From positions 224,001 through 288,000 of the forward strand of contig JBCCHT010000001.1 of assembly GCA_039028615.1 (NCBI GenBank): a stretch of DNA of 64,000 bases. Reading direction: 5' to 3'. This DNA comes from Myxococcota bacterium (GTDB lineage: Bacteria; Myxococcota_A; Polyangia; Nannocystales; Nannocystaceae). Shown here piece after piece: positions 35,373 through 44,423 of this stretch; the first letter of the stretch is position 1, and every line of letters begins with the position of its first letter. The position numbers and the translations under genes are program-made. The notes beneath the pieces are model-generated. The model did not search any database. It saw only the letters and a list, made by a program, of their open reading frames with translations, and had not been told where the DNA came from.

Positions 35373-35783
35373 ATGCGGCGACGACACTTCATCAACAGCG
35401 TGGCCGCGACCACCCTCGTCGGTTGCCAGGGCGGCAACGACTCCGCCACCGACGGCGACGCCAGGCCCGACATCCAACACGGCATCGACCTCGACCTCGC
35501 CGAGGTGCTGCGTGCCTACTTTGGTGAAGGCCAGATTCCCGACGTGCGCCTGGTCGGTAGCGCATACGCCCGCCGCTTCGACACCGACGAGGACTACGCC
35601 GACGATCTGACCGACGTCGTGAGCATCGTGGGCGCATCCGGGACCATCGACGAGGCGGTCGATGCACTGCGCGCCCGAGCCGACGACGACTTCGTCGCGG
35701 CGGACATGGTCGTCGTCGACGGGTGGGCGCTGGGTATTACCGAGGCCCGCCTGAGTGCGACGGCGGACTACGTGGACGCCTAG
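35373..35783 (+). CDS. Small Tat-type lipoprotein, probable partner of the GMC enzyme
   Basis: MRRRHF twin-arginine motif, LVGC lipobox, C-terminal VVDGWALGITEARL. Starts 2 bp after the GMC stop. Confidence 0.7.
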   Translation: MRRRHFINSVAATTLVGCQGGNDSATDGDARPDIQHGIDLDLAEVLRAYFGEGQIPDVRLVGSAYARRFDTDEDYADDLTDVVSIVGASGTIDEAVDALRARADDDFVAADMVVVDGWALGITEARLSATADYVDA

Positions 35784-35967
35784 CTCATTCGCTCCGATTT
35801 TTTGTGCGGCGCGGCGGCGATCGGCGCACGGCACAACGCCACGTGGGACGCCGTTTTCCTCGACTCTCTCGCGGAGCCCCCGACAGCGGCTGCGGGTTTC
35901 AACTACGCGAAATTGCTCCGAATCGAGCTTCGAGCCGGAGCACGCTCGGGCTATACAGGAGAGCGAG

Positions 35968-36558
35968 GTGCCCGACCCCGAACCCAGGATTCGCGTGGCG
36001 TTCATGCGCGCACTCGTCTCGTCGACCGAACGTCTCGAAGAGCCCACGCGCACGCTCGCTCGCGACGCCCTCGCCGACGTCACCGAGCGGGTCGAAGCCG
36101 CGCCCCGGCTCGGCTGGATGTCGGGCGATGCCAACTTCGACGCCGTGGATCGGCTCACCGAAGCGCTCGGCAAGGCGGACACTCGACGCTTCTTCCGGGA
36201 GCTGTTCGGACGAGTCTGGGCGGACTCGAGCTTCATGTCGACCTTCGTGCAGGGCTTCGTTCGCATGCACCCCGATCCCGGCGCCTACCTCAAGTACCTC
36301 AATCCCGGCTTTCGCCAGATCTTCCGAGGCTTCGGGCGCTGGACGGTCGGTGAGCGTACGGCCAACACCTCGGTGGCCGTGCTCAGCGAGATGCCCGCGC
36401 GGTGCCTCGACAACGGCGGTGCCTGGATCCACTACACCGCCGCATCCCTGGGCACCATCTACGACCTGGCCGGCGTCGAGGGACACGCGAAGGTCGTGGA
36501 GCTCGACGAGCAACAGCTGCGCGCTACGCTGCGGTTCTTCTGGTCGAGCCCCGACTGA
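35968..36558 (+). CDS. Hypothetical protein (myxobacterial DUF2378/V4R-like)
   Basis: AGGAG SD before GTG 35968, typical codon usage, ends in ATLRFFW. Family assignment tentative. Confidence 0.6.
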   Translation: MPDPEPRIRVAFMRALVSSTERLEEPTRTLARDALADVTERVEAAPRLGWMSGDANFDAVDRLTEALGKADTRRFFRELFGRVWADSSFMSTFVQGFVRMHPDPGAYLKYLNPGFRQIFRGFGRWTVGERTANTSVAVLSEMPARCLDNGGAWIHYTAASLGTIYDLAGVEGHAKVVELDEQQLRATLRFFWSSPD

Positions 36559-36637
36559 GTTCGCGACTGGCAAGCGCCCCCACGACCGCCGCAGGAGCGA
36601 TTGGAGTTCGAACGTCGACGACGACGGTGAACACCCC

Positions 36638-37891
36638 TCATGGCTTGGACGAGCGGAGGCTCGTTCCTCGACGAGCCCCTTCGAACGCCGCCTTCGGAAT
36701 GAACAGCACGACCACCCCCGCCGCGATGAACAGCAGCGCGAAGAGCCCCAGCATCACGGGCATATAGGCCACGTGGGATTCCCCGAGCACGCCCGCGAGC
36801 GCAGCAAAACACGCGAAGACCAAGATCGAGGCGACGTTACCGAGGTTGTTGTAGCGGCTGAGCATCCCATCGCGCCCGACGGCTCCGGTCCACGAGGACG
36901 CGATCAGGCGGCTGAGCAACAAGAAGCGCCCCCCGGAGACACCGGCCAATACCCCGACGAGGACGAGACCAGGCACGGAGGGTCGAGTCACCATCACTCC
37001 GACCATCGCGAGCCCGCACAGCGCGGCGATCACCAGCGAGCGACGCACACAGCGAGAGGGCTCGAGGCGAGACGAGACGACGACCGTGGCCAGTGAGCAC
37101 AGCCCGACCCCCGCGATGAGGATCCCCCCCACGCGCTCGGGGCCCTCGACCTCGAGCCAGTCCGACACCAGGTAGATGAGCTGCGCGAACATCCCGAGCG
37201 AGGCCATGTAGCTGAGCACGCAGTGGGCGACGAACAAACGGCCTGGGCCCGACAGCGTCGCCCCTGTCCGGCGCTGAACGAGCTCGGAGTCCGAGTTCTC
37301 CTGCTCGGGCTCGCTCTTGCCTGCCACCCCCGACACCGTGAGCACGGTCAGAACCACCACCGCCACCGCCACCCCCAAGGTGATCGCCGTCTGACCAGAC
37401 CACAGCGCGAAAGCGAGCGGGCCCATCATCATCCCGACGACCTGAAAGCCGACCGCGGCCGACGTGTGCGTGCCGAGCCCCTCCGCCCCGGCCGCGTCGA
37501 CCAGGGTGTTGTCCGAGATGTTGAACAGCCAGTTGCTCGCGAAACGAAACACCACGTAGGCACCGCAGTAGGCCCAGACCGGCTCGAGCTGCGCGACGAC
37601 GGCGAGCAGCGGCGCCGCGTAGGCGATGGTCCCTAGGAGCAGACGCACCCGACTCAGTCGCAGGCCCCGCGCGACATGACGACGCGACAGCGAGACTCCA
37701 ACCGCGGCCCCGAGCGTCCCGAGCAGCAAGATCATGCTCAGGTACAGGCCCTTGCGCTCGGGCGCGACCTCGAGCAGGTAGGCCTGAGGCGCGACGTTGG
37801 CCACCGCCATCCACAGGAAGGTGAAACCGAAGAACATGCCCGCGCGCCAGACGAGCGCGGCCTTCGGCGGATCGGCAGGAGATTCGTTCAC
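36638..37891 (-). CDS. MFS-type transporter
   Basis: About 12 hydrophobic segments in two halves joined by a polar linker. Confidence 0.72.
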   Translation of the reverse strand: MNESPADPPKAALVWRAGMFFGFTFLWMAVANVAPQAYLLEVAPERKGLYLSMILLLGTLGAAVGVSLSRRHVARGLRLSRVRLLLGTIAYAAPLLAVVAQLEPVWAYCGAYVVFRFASNWLFNISDNTLVDAAGAEGLGTHTSAAVGFQVVGMMMGPLAFALWSGQTAITLGVAVAVVVLTVLTVSGVAGKSEPEQENSDSELVQRRTGATLSGPGRLFVAHCVLSYMASLGMFAQLIYLVSDWLEVEGPERVGGILIAGVGLCSLATVVVSSRLEPSRCVRRSLVIAALCGLAMVGVMVTRPSVPGLVLVGVLAGVSGGRFLLLSRLIASSWTGAVGRDGMLSRYNNLGNVASILVFACFAALAGVLGESHVAYMPVMLGLFALLFIAAGVVVLFIPKAAFEGARRGTSLRSSKP

Positions 37892-37910
37892 GCCCGGGCT
37901 CGTTCCGTAG

Positions 37911-38771
37911 TCAGTGCGCTGCTCGTTGCAGCAGGCCCCGGGCGCGGACCTTGCGGACCGCCGCGAGGAGCTCGCGATCGGCGAGGATGCGCGACAGGCG
38001 GGGGAACAGGCGCGTCACCGTGCGAACGAAGGTGCTGTCGCGACCGACCAAGCCCTCGAAGCTCCCCGCTCGGACCTGCTCGAGCAACGCGGCGGCGACC
38101 GGCTCGACGTCGTAGGTCTTGGTGATGTTGTTGTCCGACTCGAGCTGCCATAGAAGCTCGGACTTGGTCTCGTTCTCCAGATCGAGCCCCGGGGTTCGCG
38201 TGGTCGGAGGGAAGAAGACACCGACGCTGATGCCGTCCTCCAGCAGGTCCTGGCGTAGCCCCTCGGCGAATCCCACGATCGCGTACTTGCTGGCCGAATA
38301 AGCGCCATAGCCGTACGTGCTGAAGAACCCGAGGATGGAAGAGACCAGCGTGATATGGCCCGCCCCCTGTTCGCGGAGCAGTGGAGTCACCGCGCGCACG
38401 ACCCGAACATGACCCATATAGTTCACGTCCATCAAGCTGAGAAAATCGCCCTCTCCGAGTTCCATGCAGTCCCCGGTCAGCGCGAAGCCGCTGCAGCAGA
38501 CCACGATGTCCAGCCCGCCCATGGCCTCGGCCGCGCGGGCACATCCGTCTTCGACCGTCTCCGTCTCGCGGACGTCCATGCACACGCCGCCGTGCCCCTT
38601 GTCGGACACGCGGCGAAGGGCCCGTATCGTCTCCTGGACCGCGTCGGGCTCGTGCCCGGCCACCCATACGATGGCGCCGCGAGCCGCGGCCTCGAGTGCC
38701 GCCGAGCGGCCGATCCCCGACGAGCCTCCGACGATGAGCACCCGTGCATTGTCGAACGTCCTGATTCCCAT
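37911..38771 (-). CDS. SDR oxidoreductase, 3-ketodihydrosphingosine reductase-like
   Basis: GGSSGIG, YSASK, FPPTTRTPGLDLENETK. Start at ATG 38771. Confidence 0.85.
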   Translation of the reverse strand: MGIRTFDNARVLIVGGSSGIGRSAALEAAARGAIVWVAGHEPDAVQETIRALRRVSDKGHGGVCMDVRETETVEDGCARAAEAMGGLDIVVCCSGFALTGDCMELGEGDFLSLMDVNYMGHVRVVRAVTPLLREQGAGHITLVSSILGFFSTYGYGAYSASKYAIVGFAEGLRQDLLEDGISVGVFFPPTTRTPGLDLENETKSELLWQLESDNNITKTYDVEPVAAALLEQVRAGSFEGLVGRDSTFVRTVTRLFPRLSRILADRELLAAVRKVRARGLLQRAAH

Positions 38772-38942
38772 AGTCGCGTCTCCACTGCGGCATGCGGTTC
38801 GTCCGCGGAGCGACACCATTCGTCCGCCCTCACGCCCGTCTCCGCATGCCTTCGTTTCCGTCTGAGTACCGACCGAAGCCGGTTCCACTCAGCCGATCGG
38901 AAAAACTTCCCGAGCGAACCATCACGGCCGTAACGGCGCGAA

Positions 38943-39767
38943 TTGGGGTGCCGATGGGCCAATGGCTTCCACACTGAGGCCGTGCCTTCCCTCGAACCAC
39001 AGCGAATCGGAGACCACACCATCCGCGCCATGGAGGCTTCGGATTTCACCTCGACGCTGAAACTCTTCGAGCGCATTTTTCAGCAGTCCGAGCCCGTGGC
39101 CACCCACCTGGGTCTGCGGCCGAGCGCGATGAAGACGATGACGGACTCGTCGTTTTATCGGACGCTGGTCGAGGACGGGCTGACGGCCATCGTCGAGCAC
39201 GAACCAACGAACGAGATCGTGGGTTTTCGGCTCGCGGGAGACCTCGCGCATCAGACCGCGCCCGGGCTGCAGGAGCGCTTCGAGCAAGGCGTCGTCCAGC
39301 TGATGGATCGATTTCCTCGGATGGTCTCCACGCTCACTGCTCCGTTCTACACGGACCTGTTCGAGCTGCTGGCCTACAACCAACTCGACCACATGAACAT
39401 GGATCGGTGGCTCTGCCAGCACCTTCCCTCCGAGCAGGGACCCCTGCAACGAGGCATGGCGGTCAAGATGGCGGGGCTCGGCCTGCTCTCCGAGCACCGC
39501 GGGCGGGGGTTCGGAGGCAAGCTCATCGCCTACGTTCACCAGCTCGCGCTGCGCAAGGGCTACCGATGGTCCGTGGTCCAGTGCACGGGGCGGTACTCGC
39601 AGCAGATCTTCGAGAAGCTGAACTACACGCTCTACCACGAGGTCGAGTACGACGCGTTTCGCTTTGGCGGCCGGAGGCCGCTCGCCGGGTTGAAGAGCGT
39701 CGACGGCAGCCGACGAGAGCGCACCGCCAACGGGTACTACCTCGACCTGCAGTCCCTTCCGGCCTGA
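38943..39767 (+). CDS. GNAT family N-acetyltransferase
   Basis: EHRGRGFGGKLI acetyl-CoA motif, CTGRYSQQIFEKLNY. True start may be 38982 or 39030. Confidence 0.82.
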   Translation: MGCRWANGFHTEAVPSLEPQRIGDHTIRAMEASDFTSTLKLFERIFQQSEPVATHLGLRPSAMKTMTDSSFYRTLVEDGLTAIVEHEPTNEIVGFRLAGDLAHQTAPGLQERFEQGVVQLMDRFPRMVSTLTAPFYTDLFELLAYNQLDHMNMDRWLCQHLPSEQGPLQRGMAVKMAGLGLLSEHRGRGFGGKLIAYVHQLALRKGYRWSVVQCTGRYSQQIFEKLNYTLYHEVEYDAFRFGGRRPLAGLKSVDGSRRERTANGYYLDLQSLPA

Positions 39768-39858
39768 CGGGCGCGTCTGCCCCCCTCGACGCTCGGCTCG
39801 GCGTTTCGCGTCGACTTCGACGCGCTGGCGCATTATGGTGAGCAGAGGAGGCAGGCTG

Positions 39859-40299
39859 ATGACAATTGGGCGTTGGATATCGAAGCTCGTGGTGGCGCTA
39901 CCGCTCGGGCTGGCGGTGGGGTGTGTCGTTGAAGAGGGAGCCGAGCCTACGGCGGGCGATCTCATGGATCGAAGCGCGGATCTGGAAGGCGAGTCGGAGG
40001 GGCTCGAGTGCGGATGTCGCTCCATCGCCCCCTCGCCGCAGAACTGGGATGAATGCGATCCAAAGGACGACGGCAAGGTCGTCAAGTCGTCCCAGCTGGT
40101 GGTCGCGAACTGCTCCGAGGTCGAGGCGCCCTACTGCGACGCCCAGTTCGGCTGCGAATTCCAAGAGTCCGAGTGCATATGCCGCGCCGAGCTCGAGGGC
40201 AGCATCTTCGACGGCTACTACTGGGAGGACGATCCCCACTGGGAATGCACCGTCCTCGACGATGGCAAGCTCGATCTGGAGCCCTGCGCGGCCGAGTGA
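39859..40299 (+). CDS. Cys-rich acidic lipoprotein
   Basis: LAVGC lipobox, about 10 further Cys, GGAGG upstream. Confidence 0.65.
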   Translation: MTIGRWISKLVVALPLGLAVGCVVEEGAEPTAGDLMDRSADLEGESEGLECGCRSIAPSPQNWDECDPKDDGKVVKSSQLVVANCSEVEAPYCDAQFGCEFQESECICRAELEGSIFDGYYWEDDPHWECTVLDDGKLDLEPCAAE

Positions 40300-40371
40300 C
40301 GCCCTCCGTTTAAGGCGGCATTAAGTCGTCACCGGGCCGCTCCCTGGCTATTCCAAGACCGGGGAGCTCGG

Positions 40372-40755
40372 ATGAACACGGTGATCGACCAGCCTTCTGA
40401 CCACGACCGGTGGCCCGCGAACGAGTGGCGGCCACCACCCGGCGCGCTGCCGATGCGCTGGGCCACCCCGCAACAGTTGCGGTCGGTCGAGCCCGTGGCG
40501 CCGTCACGCGTCGATACGTCGCCCGCTCTCACGGTCGTGCCGCGCACGCGGGCCAACACCGCACCGTTCGTTCCCGCCCCTCCTCCGGCCGATGTACCGC
40601 AGCCCGGGGGTCCCGGACTCGAGCCCACCGAGGCAGATGCGCGCGTCACCGGGGCCGACGCGCGCCCGCCACTGGCGATCGCGTGCATGCTCCTCGTCAC
40701 GTTCGTCATGCTACTCGCGTCGCTGAGCCTGGCCGTGTCGGCCGTCGTGCCTTGA
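40372..40755 (+). CDS. Hypothetical Pro-rich protein with C-terminal TM helix
   Basis: GGAG SD and a hydrophobic C-terminus; otherwise low complexity. Confidence 0.45.
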   Translation: MNTVIDQPSDHDRWPANEWRPPPGALPMRWATPQQLRSVEPVAPSRVDTSPALTVVPRTRANTAPFVPAPPPADVPQPGGPGLEPTEADARVTGADARPPLAIACMLLVTFVMLLASLSLAVSAVVP

Positions 40756-40870
40756 GGCCGAACGCGGTCCCGCGGACGAGGGCGACCGACCAGCCCTCCC
40801 CTGCGAGTTTCTCGACGGCAAAACGCCCCTGGAGCGAAAGCAACGGCCGCGAGGTTCGTTGCTTTCGCGA

Positions 40871-42700
40871 ATGTCCCGCCTCCACGAGTCGCTGACCTCG
40901 GCGGCGTGGTGCGTCGTGGTGGTCGTGGCCCTGATCGCCTCGGGCTGCCTTCCGCCGTTGTCCCGCCAGACCAAGCCCGGACCGGACTGGCCCGACCTCG
41001 CGGACGTTCCCGACGGCTCCAACGAAGGCCGTCGCGACGCGGCCGTGGTCGTGGCCCTGGACGACCCCGAGCTCGGCGGACGCCCGGGAGCACGCGCGGT
41101 CGCGGACGCGTGGGCCCGCGAGCTGGTGCACCGACAAGGAGTCCCCGCGCGACGGGTCTGGCTCGTTCGCAACCGACGAGCCACGCCGACCCGGGTGCTG
41201 CGAATCCTCGAGCGAGCCAAGCGACGCGTCCCCGTGGGAGGCTCGATATGGTTCGTGTTCATCGGCCGCGGCAACACCCCGTCCACCGATGCGGCGGGCC
41301 ACCTGCGGCTGGCCCCCGACCGCAAGGGCGACACCCTCGACATGCTGAAGGTGTGGGCGTCGATCGGCTTCGGCCCCCAGCACAGCGCGTTCGCGGTGCT
41401 CGACGCGTGCGACGACTCCCCCGCCGCCGGGCACCTCGGGGGCCTCCCTGCCCTGCGCATGGAGATGCGAGGCGACGCGGTCGACACGATCACCATCAGC
41501 CAACGAGACCGGGCCGACCTGGCCTTCAGGCTACCCGAAGGCCCGATGAAAGGCGGCCCCGTGAGCCTGGCCGTGCTGATGGAACAGGTGAAGACCTTGG
41601 CGCGGCAAGATGGCATCAAGCAGCGCGTTCGCCCAGCCAGCACCGTCTCGATGAGCGCCGGCATCGGGCCACAGTGCGCCGCGACGCTGCCCGCCGGAGA
41701 CGGTCCTGCCCTCAGCTACGCAATGCTCGGCGCCCTGCGGGGATGGGCCGACGACAACGACGATGCGCTCGTGACCGCCGAAGAGGCCACCCGCTACGCC
41801 GGCACCGTCATTCGCCACGCATGGTCACCCGGGCTCCCCGTCCCCAGTCCCGAGGCGGCGGGGGTGAACATGGTCTTGTCCCGAAGCAGCGGCCTGCCCG
41901 CTCCCGACCTCGACGCCATCATCCCGGCCGCGTCCACGCTCGAGGATCGGGCCGCCCTGCCCCCACTTCGATTCGACTTTACGCCCGAGCGCCACGTCCC
42001 CGCCGGTCGCTTCACCATGGGCTGTGCCGGCCACGGCAACTGTGAAGACGATGCCGAGGGCAAGCGTGAAGTCATGGTCTACGACTTCACCATGGACCAG
42101 ACCGAGGTGACCTGGAACGACTACGCCGACTGCGTCGAAGCGGGCGCCTGCACGGCCCTGCAGCTCGATGACTGCTACGCCTATCAGGAAGGCGAAGGGT
42201 TCGTATTGGGCGGCGGCATCGACCCTGCCACCATCACGGGTGAGCACCCGGTGACCTGCGTCAACTGGGTGCAAGCCAACGCCTACTGCGATTGGCAAGG
42301 CGCCCGACTCCCGCGCGAGGCCGAGTGGGAGAAAGCCGCACGGGGCACCGACGGGCGGCTGTACCCCTGGGGCGACGAGGCACCGACCTGCGAGTTCGCC
42401 AACCACAACGGCTGCGCGGAGGGCCCGACCTCCGTAGGTCAGCACCCGGACGGCGCCAGCCCCTATGGCATGCAAGACATGGCGGGCAACGTGTGGGAGT
42501 GGGTCGAGGACTGGTACCAGGAGGATGCCTACGCCCGCACACCTCGTCGCCGCCCGCCGCCCCTGCCCGATCGAAGCTCGGTCAAGGTCGTGCGAGGTGG
42601 CAGCTTCTACGACGAGGCGACCGACCTACGCGCGTCGTATCGCTACGGCCTCACCCCGACCATGGGCTACAGCACGGTCGGCTTTCGCTGCGCCCGATAG
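40871..42700 (+). CDS. Lipoprotein with caspase-like domain and formylglycine-generating-enzyme (SUMF1)-like domain
   Basis: IASGC lipobox; AAVVV...FVFIGRG...VLDAC; FTMG, TEVT, RLPREAEWEKAARG, DMAGNVWEW, VVRGGS, GFRCAR. Confidence 0.85.
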   Translation: MSRLHESLTSAAWCVVVVVALIASGCLPPLSRQTKPGPDWPDLADVPDGSNEGRRDAAVVVALDDPELGGRPGARAVADAWARELVHRQGVPARRVWLVRNRRATPTRVLRILERAKRRVPVGGSIWFVFIGRGNTPSTDAAGHLRLAPDRKGDTLDMLKVWASIGFGPQHSAFAVLDACDDSPAAGHLGGLPALRMEMRGDAVDTITISQRDRADLAFRLPEGPMKGGPVSLAVLMEQVKTLARQDGIKQRVRPASTVSMSAGIGPQCAATLPAGDGPALSYAMLGALRGWADDNDDALVTAEEATRYAGTVIRHAWSPGLPVPSPEAAGVNMVLSRSSGLPAPDLDAIIPAASTLEDRAALPPLRFDFTPERHVPAGRFTMGCAGHGNCEDDAEGKREVMVYDFTMDQTEVTWNDYADCVEAGACTALQLDDCYAYQEGEGFVLGGGIDPATITGEHPVTCVNWVQANAYCDWQGARLPREAEWEKAARGTDGRLYPWGDEAPTCEFANHNGCAEGPTSVGQHPDGASPYGMQDMAGNVWEWVEDWYQEDAYARTPRRRPPPLPDRSSVKVVRGGSFYDEATDLRASYRYGLTPTMGYSTVGFRCAR

Positions 42701-42851
42701 CGAGCGTGCACTTTCGTCTCCGCGCACGGCCGCTCGCGCCGCTCGTGGCAACGGCCCTCGGGCCCCCGATCGCACGGGTGAAACCAGCGCCCAGCCGCCA
42801 CCGCGCACGCTCGCACCTCGCCGTCGTCCTGTGGCAGACTCGCGGCCACCC

Positions 42852-44405
42852 GTGGCTCTTCGCGTCTACAACACCCGCACCCGTACCCTCGAGACGTTCA
42901 CCCCGCAGACCGAAGGCGTGGTTCGGATCTACACCTGCGGGCTCACCGTCTATGCGCCGATGCATATCGGGCACGCGCGTACGTATTGCTTCTGGGACGT
43001 GTTCCGCCGGTACCTCGAGTATCGCGGGTACCACGTCATGAGCGTCATCAACTACACCGACATCGATGACCGCATCATGAACAATGCCGATGCCACGACC
43101 GGCTGGCTCGACATTGCGGAGGGCACGATCGCGGCGTTTCGACGGGACTGCCGATCCCTACGGATCAAGGACTACGCCGCCTACACGCGGGCCACCGACT
43201 TCATCGACGCTCAGGTCGACATGGTCAAGCAGCTGCTCGACAAGGGTCACGCGTACGTGGTCGACGGAGAGGTGCTCTACGACGTCGAGAGCTTCGAGCG
43301 CTACGGCAAGCTCTCCGGCAACACGCTCGACGGACAGCAAGCGGGCGCCAGCGGACGCGTCGGTGAAGACGTCGGCCGCAAGAAGAACCCGGCCGACTTC
43401 ACGCTGTGGAAACCCAGCGCTCCGGGGCAGCCCGTGTGGCAGACCGGTCAGGAACAATGGCCGACGGGGCGCCCGGGCTGGCACATCGAGTGCTCGGCGA
43501 TGAGCTCCGTCATGCTCGGCGAGCACTTCGACGTGCACGGCGGCGCGGTCGACAACCTGTTCCCGCACCACGAGAACGAGATCGCCCAGTCCGAGCCACT
43601 ATGCGGTCACCCGTGGGTCGGCTACTGGATGCATCCCGAGCACCTCGACCTGCGCGGCATCAAGATGAGCAAGTCGCTCGGCAACGTCATCGGGGTGCCG
43701 AACCTGCTCGAGACCCACCGCTACGACGAGATTCGGTGGTTCTTCGCCGCGACTCACTACCGCACCAAGCTCGCGTTCGCCGACGATCTCGTCGGAGCCT
43801 CCTCTGAGGGGTTCAAGAAGATCACGCGAGCGGTGAAGATCCTCGAGGCCCGCCTCGGCGAGGTCGATGCCGAGGCTCGCACCATCCCGGTCGCGGCCCG
43901 CTACGCGAGCCTACGTGCAGGCGACGAGGCGGTGCCCCGAGAGCGCGAGTCGTTCCTGCACGGCGCCTACGCCCAGCAGTCCGGCACGTTCATCACCCGC
44001 TTCATCGAGAGCATGGACGACGACATGGGATGCCCGCGCGCGACCGCGGCCATCTTCGACTACGTCAACGAGCTGTTCGCCGCCGGCATCGAGCAGTCCA
44101 CCGACTACCCCAGCCTGGCCTCCGCCTATCGCTGCCTCGTTCGGCACCTATACGTGTTGGGCATCGAGCTTCCCAACGCGGCTCTGTACCCGGAGCTCGC
44201 AGCCGACTGCGCTCCAGTGACCGGCAGCGCAGAGGCGGCCGCCCCCTACAAGGCGGTCATCGATCGCCTGCTGGAGGCCCGGGCCGAAGCGCGCCGCTCC
44301 AAGGACTTCGCCAAGTCCGACATGATTCGCGATCTCCTCCAAGCCGCAGGCGTGAAGATCGAGGACACCCCCAAGGGGGCCCGCTGGGAACTCGGCGACG
44401 GGTAG
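42852..44405 (+). CDS. cysS: Cysteine--tRNA ligase
   Basis: [49 protein letters not shown]. Start placed at GTG 42852. Confidence 0.96.
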   Translation: MALRVYNTRTRTLETFTPQTEGVVRIYTCGLTVYAPMHIGHARTYCFWDVFRRYLEYRGYHVMSVINYTDIDDRIMNNADATTGWLDIAEGTIAAFRRDCRSLRIKDYAAYTRATDFIDAQVDMVKQLLDKGHAYVVDGEVLYDVESFERYGKLSGNTLDGQQAGASGRVGEDVGRKKNPADFTLWKPSAPGQPVWQTGQEQWPTGRPGWHIECSAMSSVMLGEHFDVHGGAVDNLFPHHENEIAQSEPLCGHPWVGYWMHPEHLDLRGIKMSKSLGNVIGVPNLLETHRYDEIRWFFAATHYRTKLAFADDLVGASSEGFKKITRAVKILEARLGEVDAEARTIPVAARYASLRAGDEAVPRERESFLHGAYAQQSGTFITRFIESMDDDMGCPRATAAIFDYVNELFAAGIEQSTDYPSLASAYRCLVRHLYVLGIELPNAALYPELAADCAPVTGSAEAAAPYKAVIDRLLEARAEARRSKDFAKSDMIRDLLQAAGVKIEDTPKGARWELGDG

Positions 44406-44423
44406 GCAGCCGAGGAGTCTCGC

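Noticed and set aside
42465..42851. 129-aa N-terminal extension of CysRS in the ORF track
   Set aside because: It overlaps the upstream gene and is low complexity. CysRS similarity starts at LRVYNT, so the start was moved to GTG 42852.
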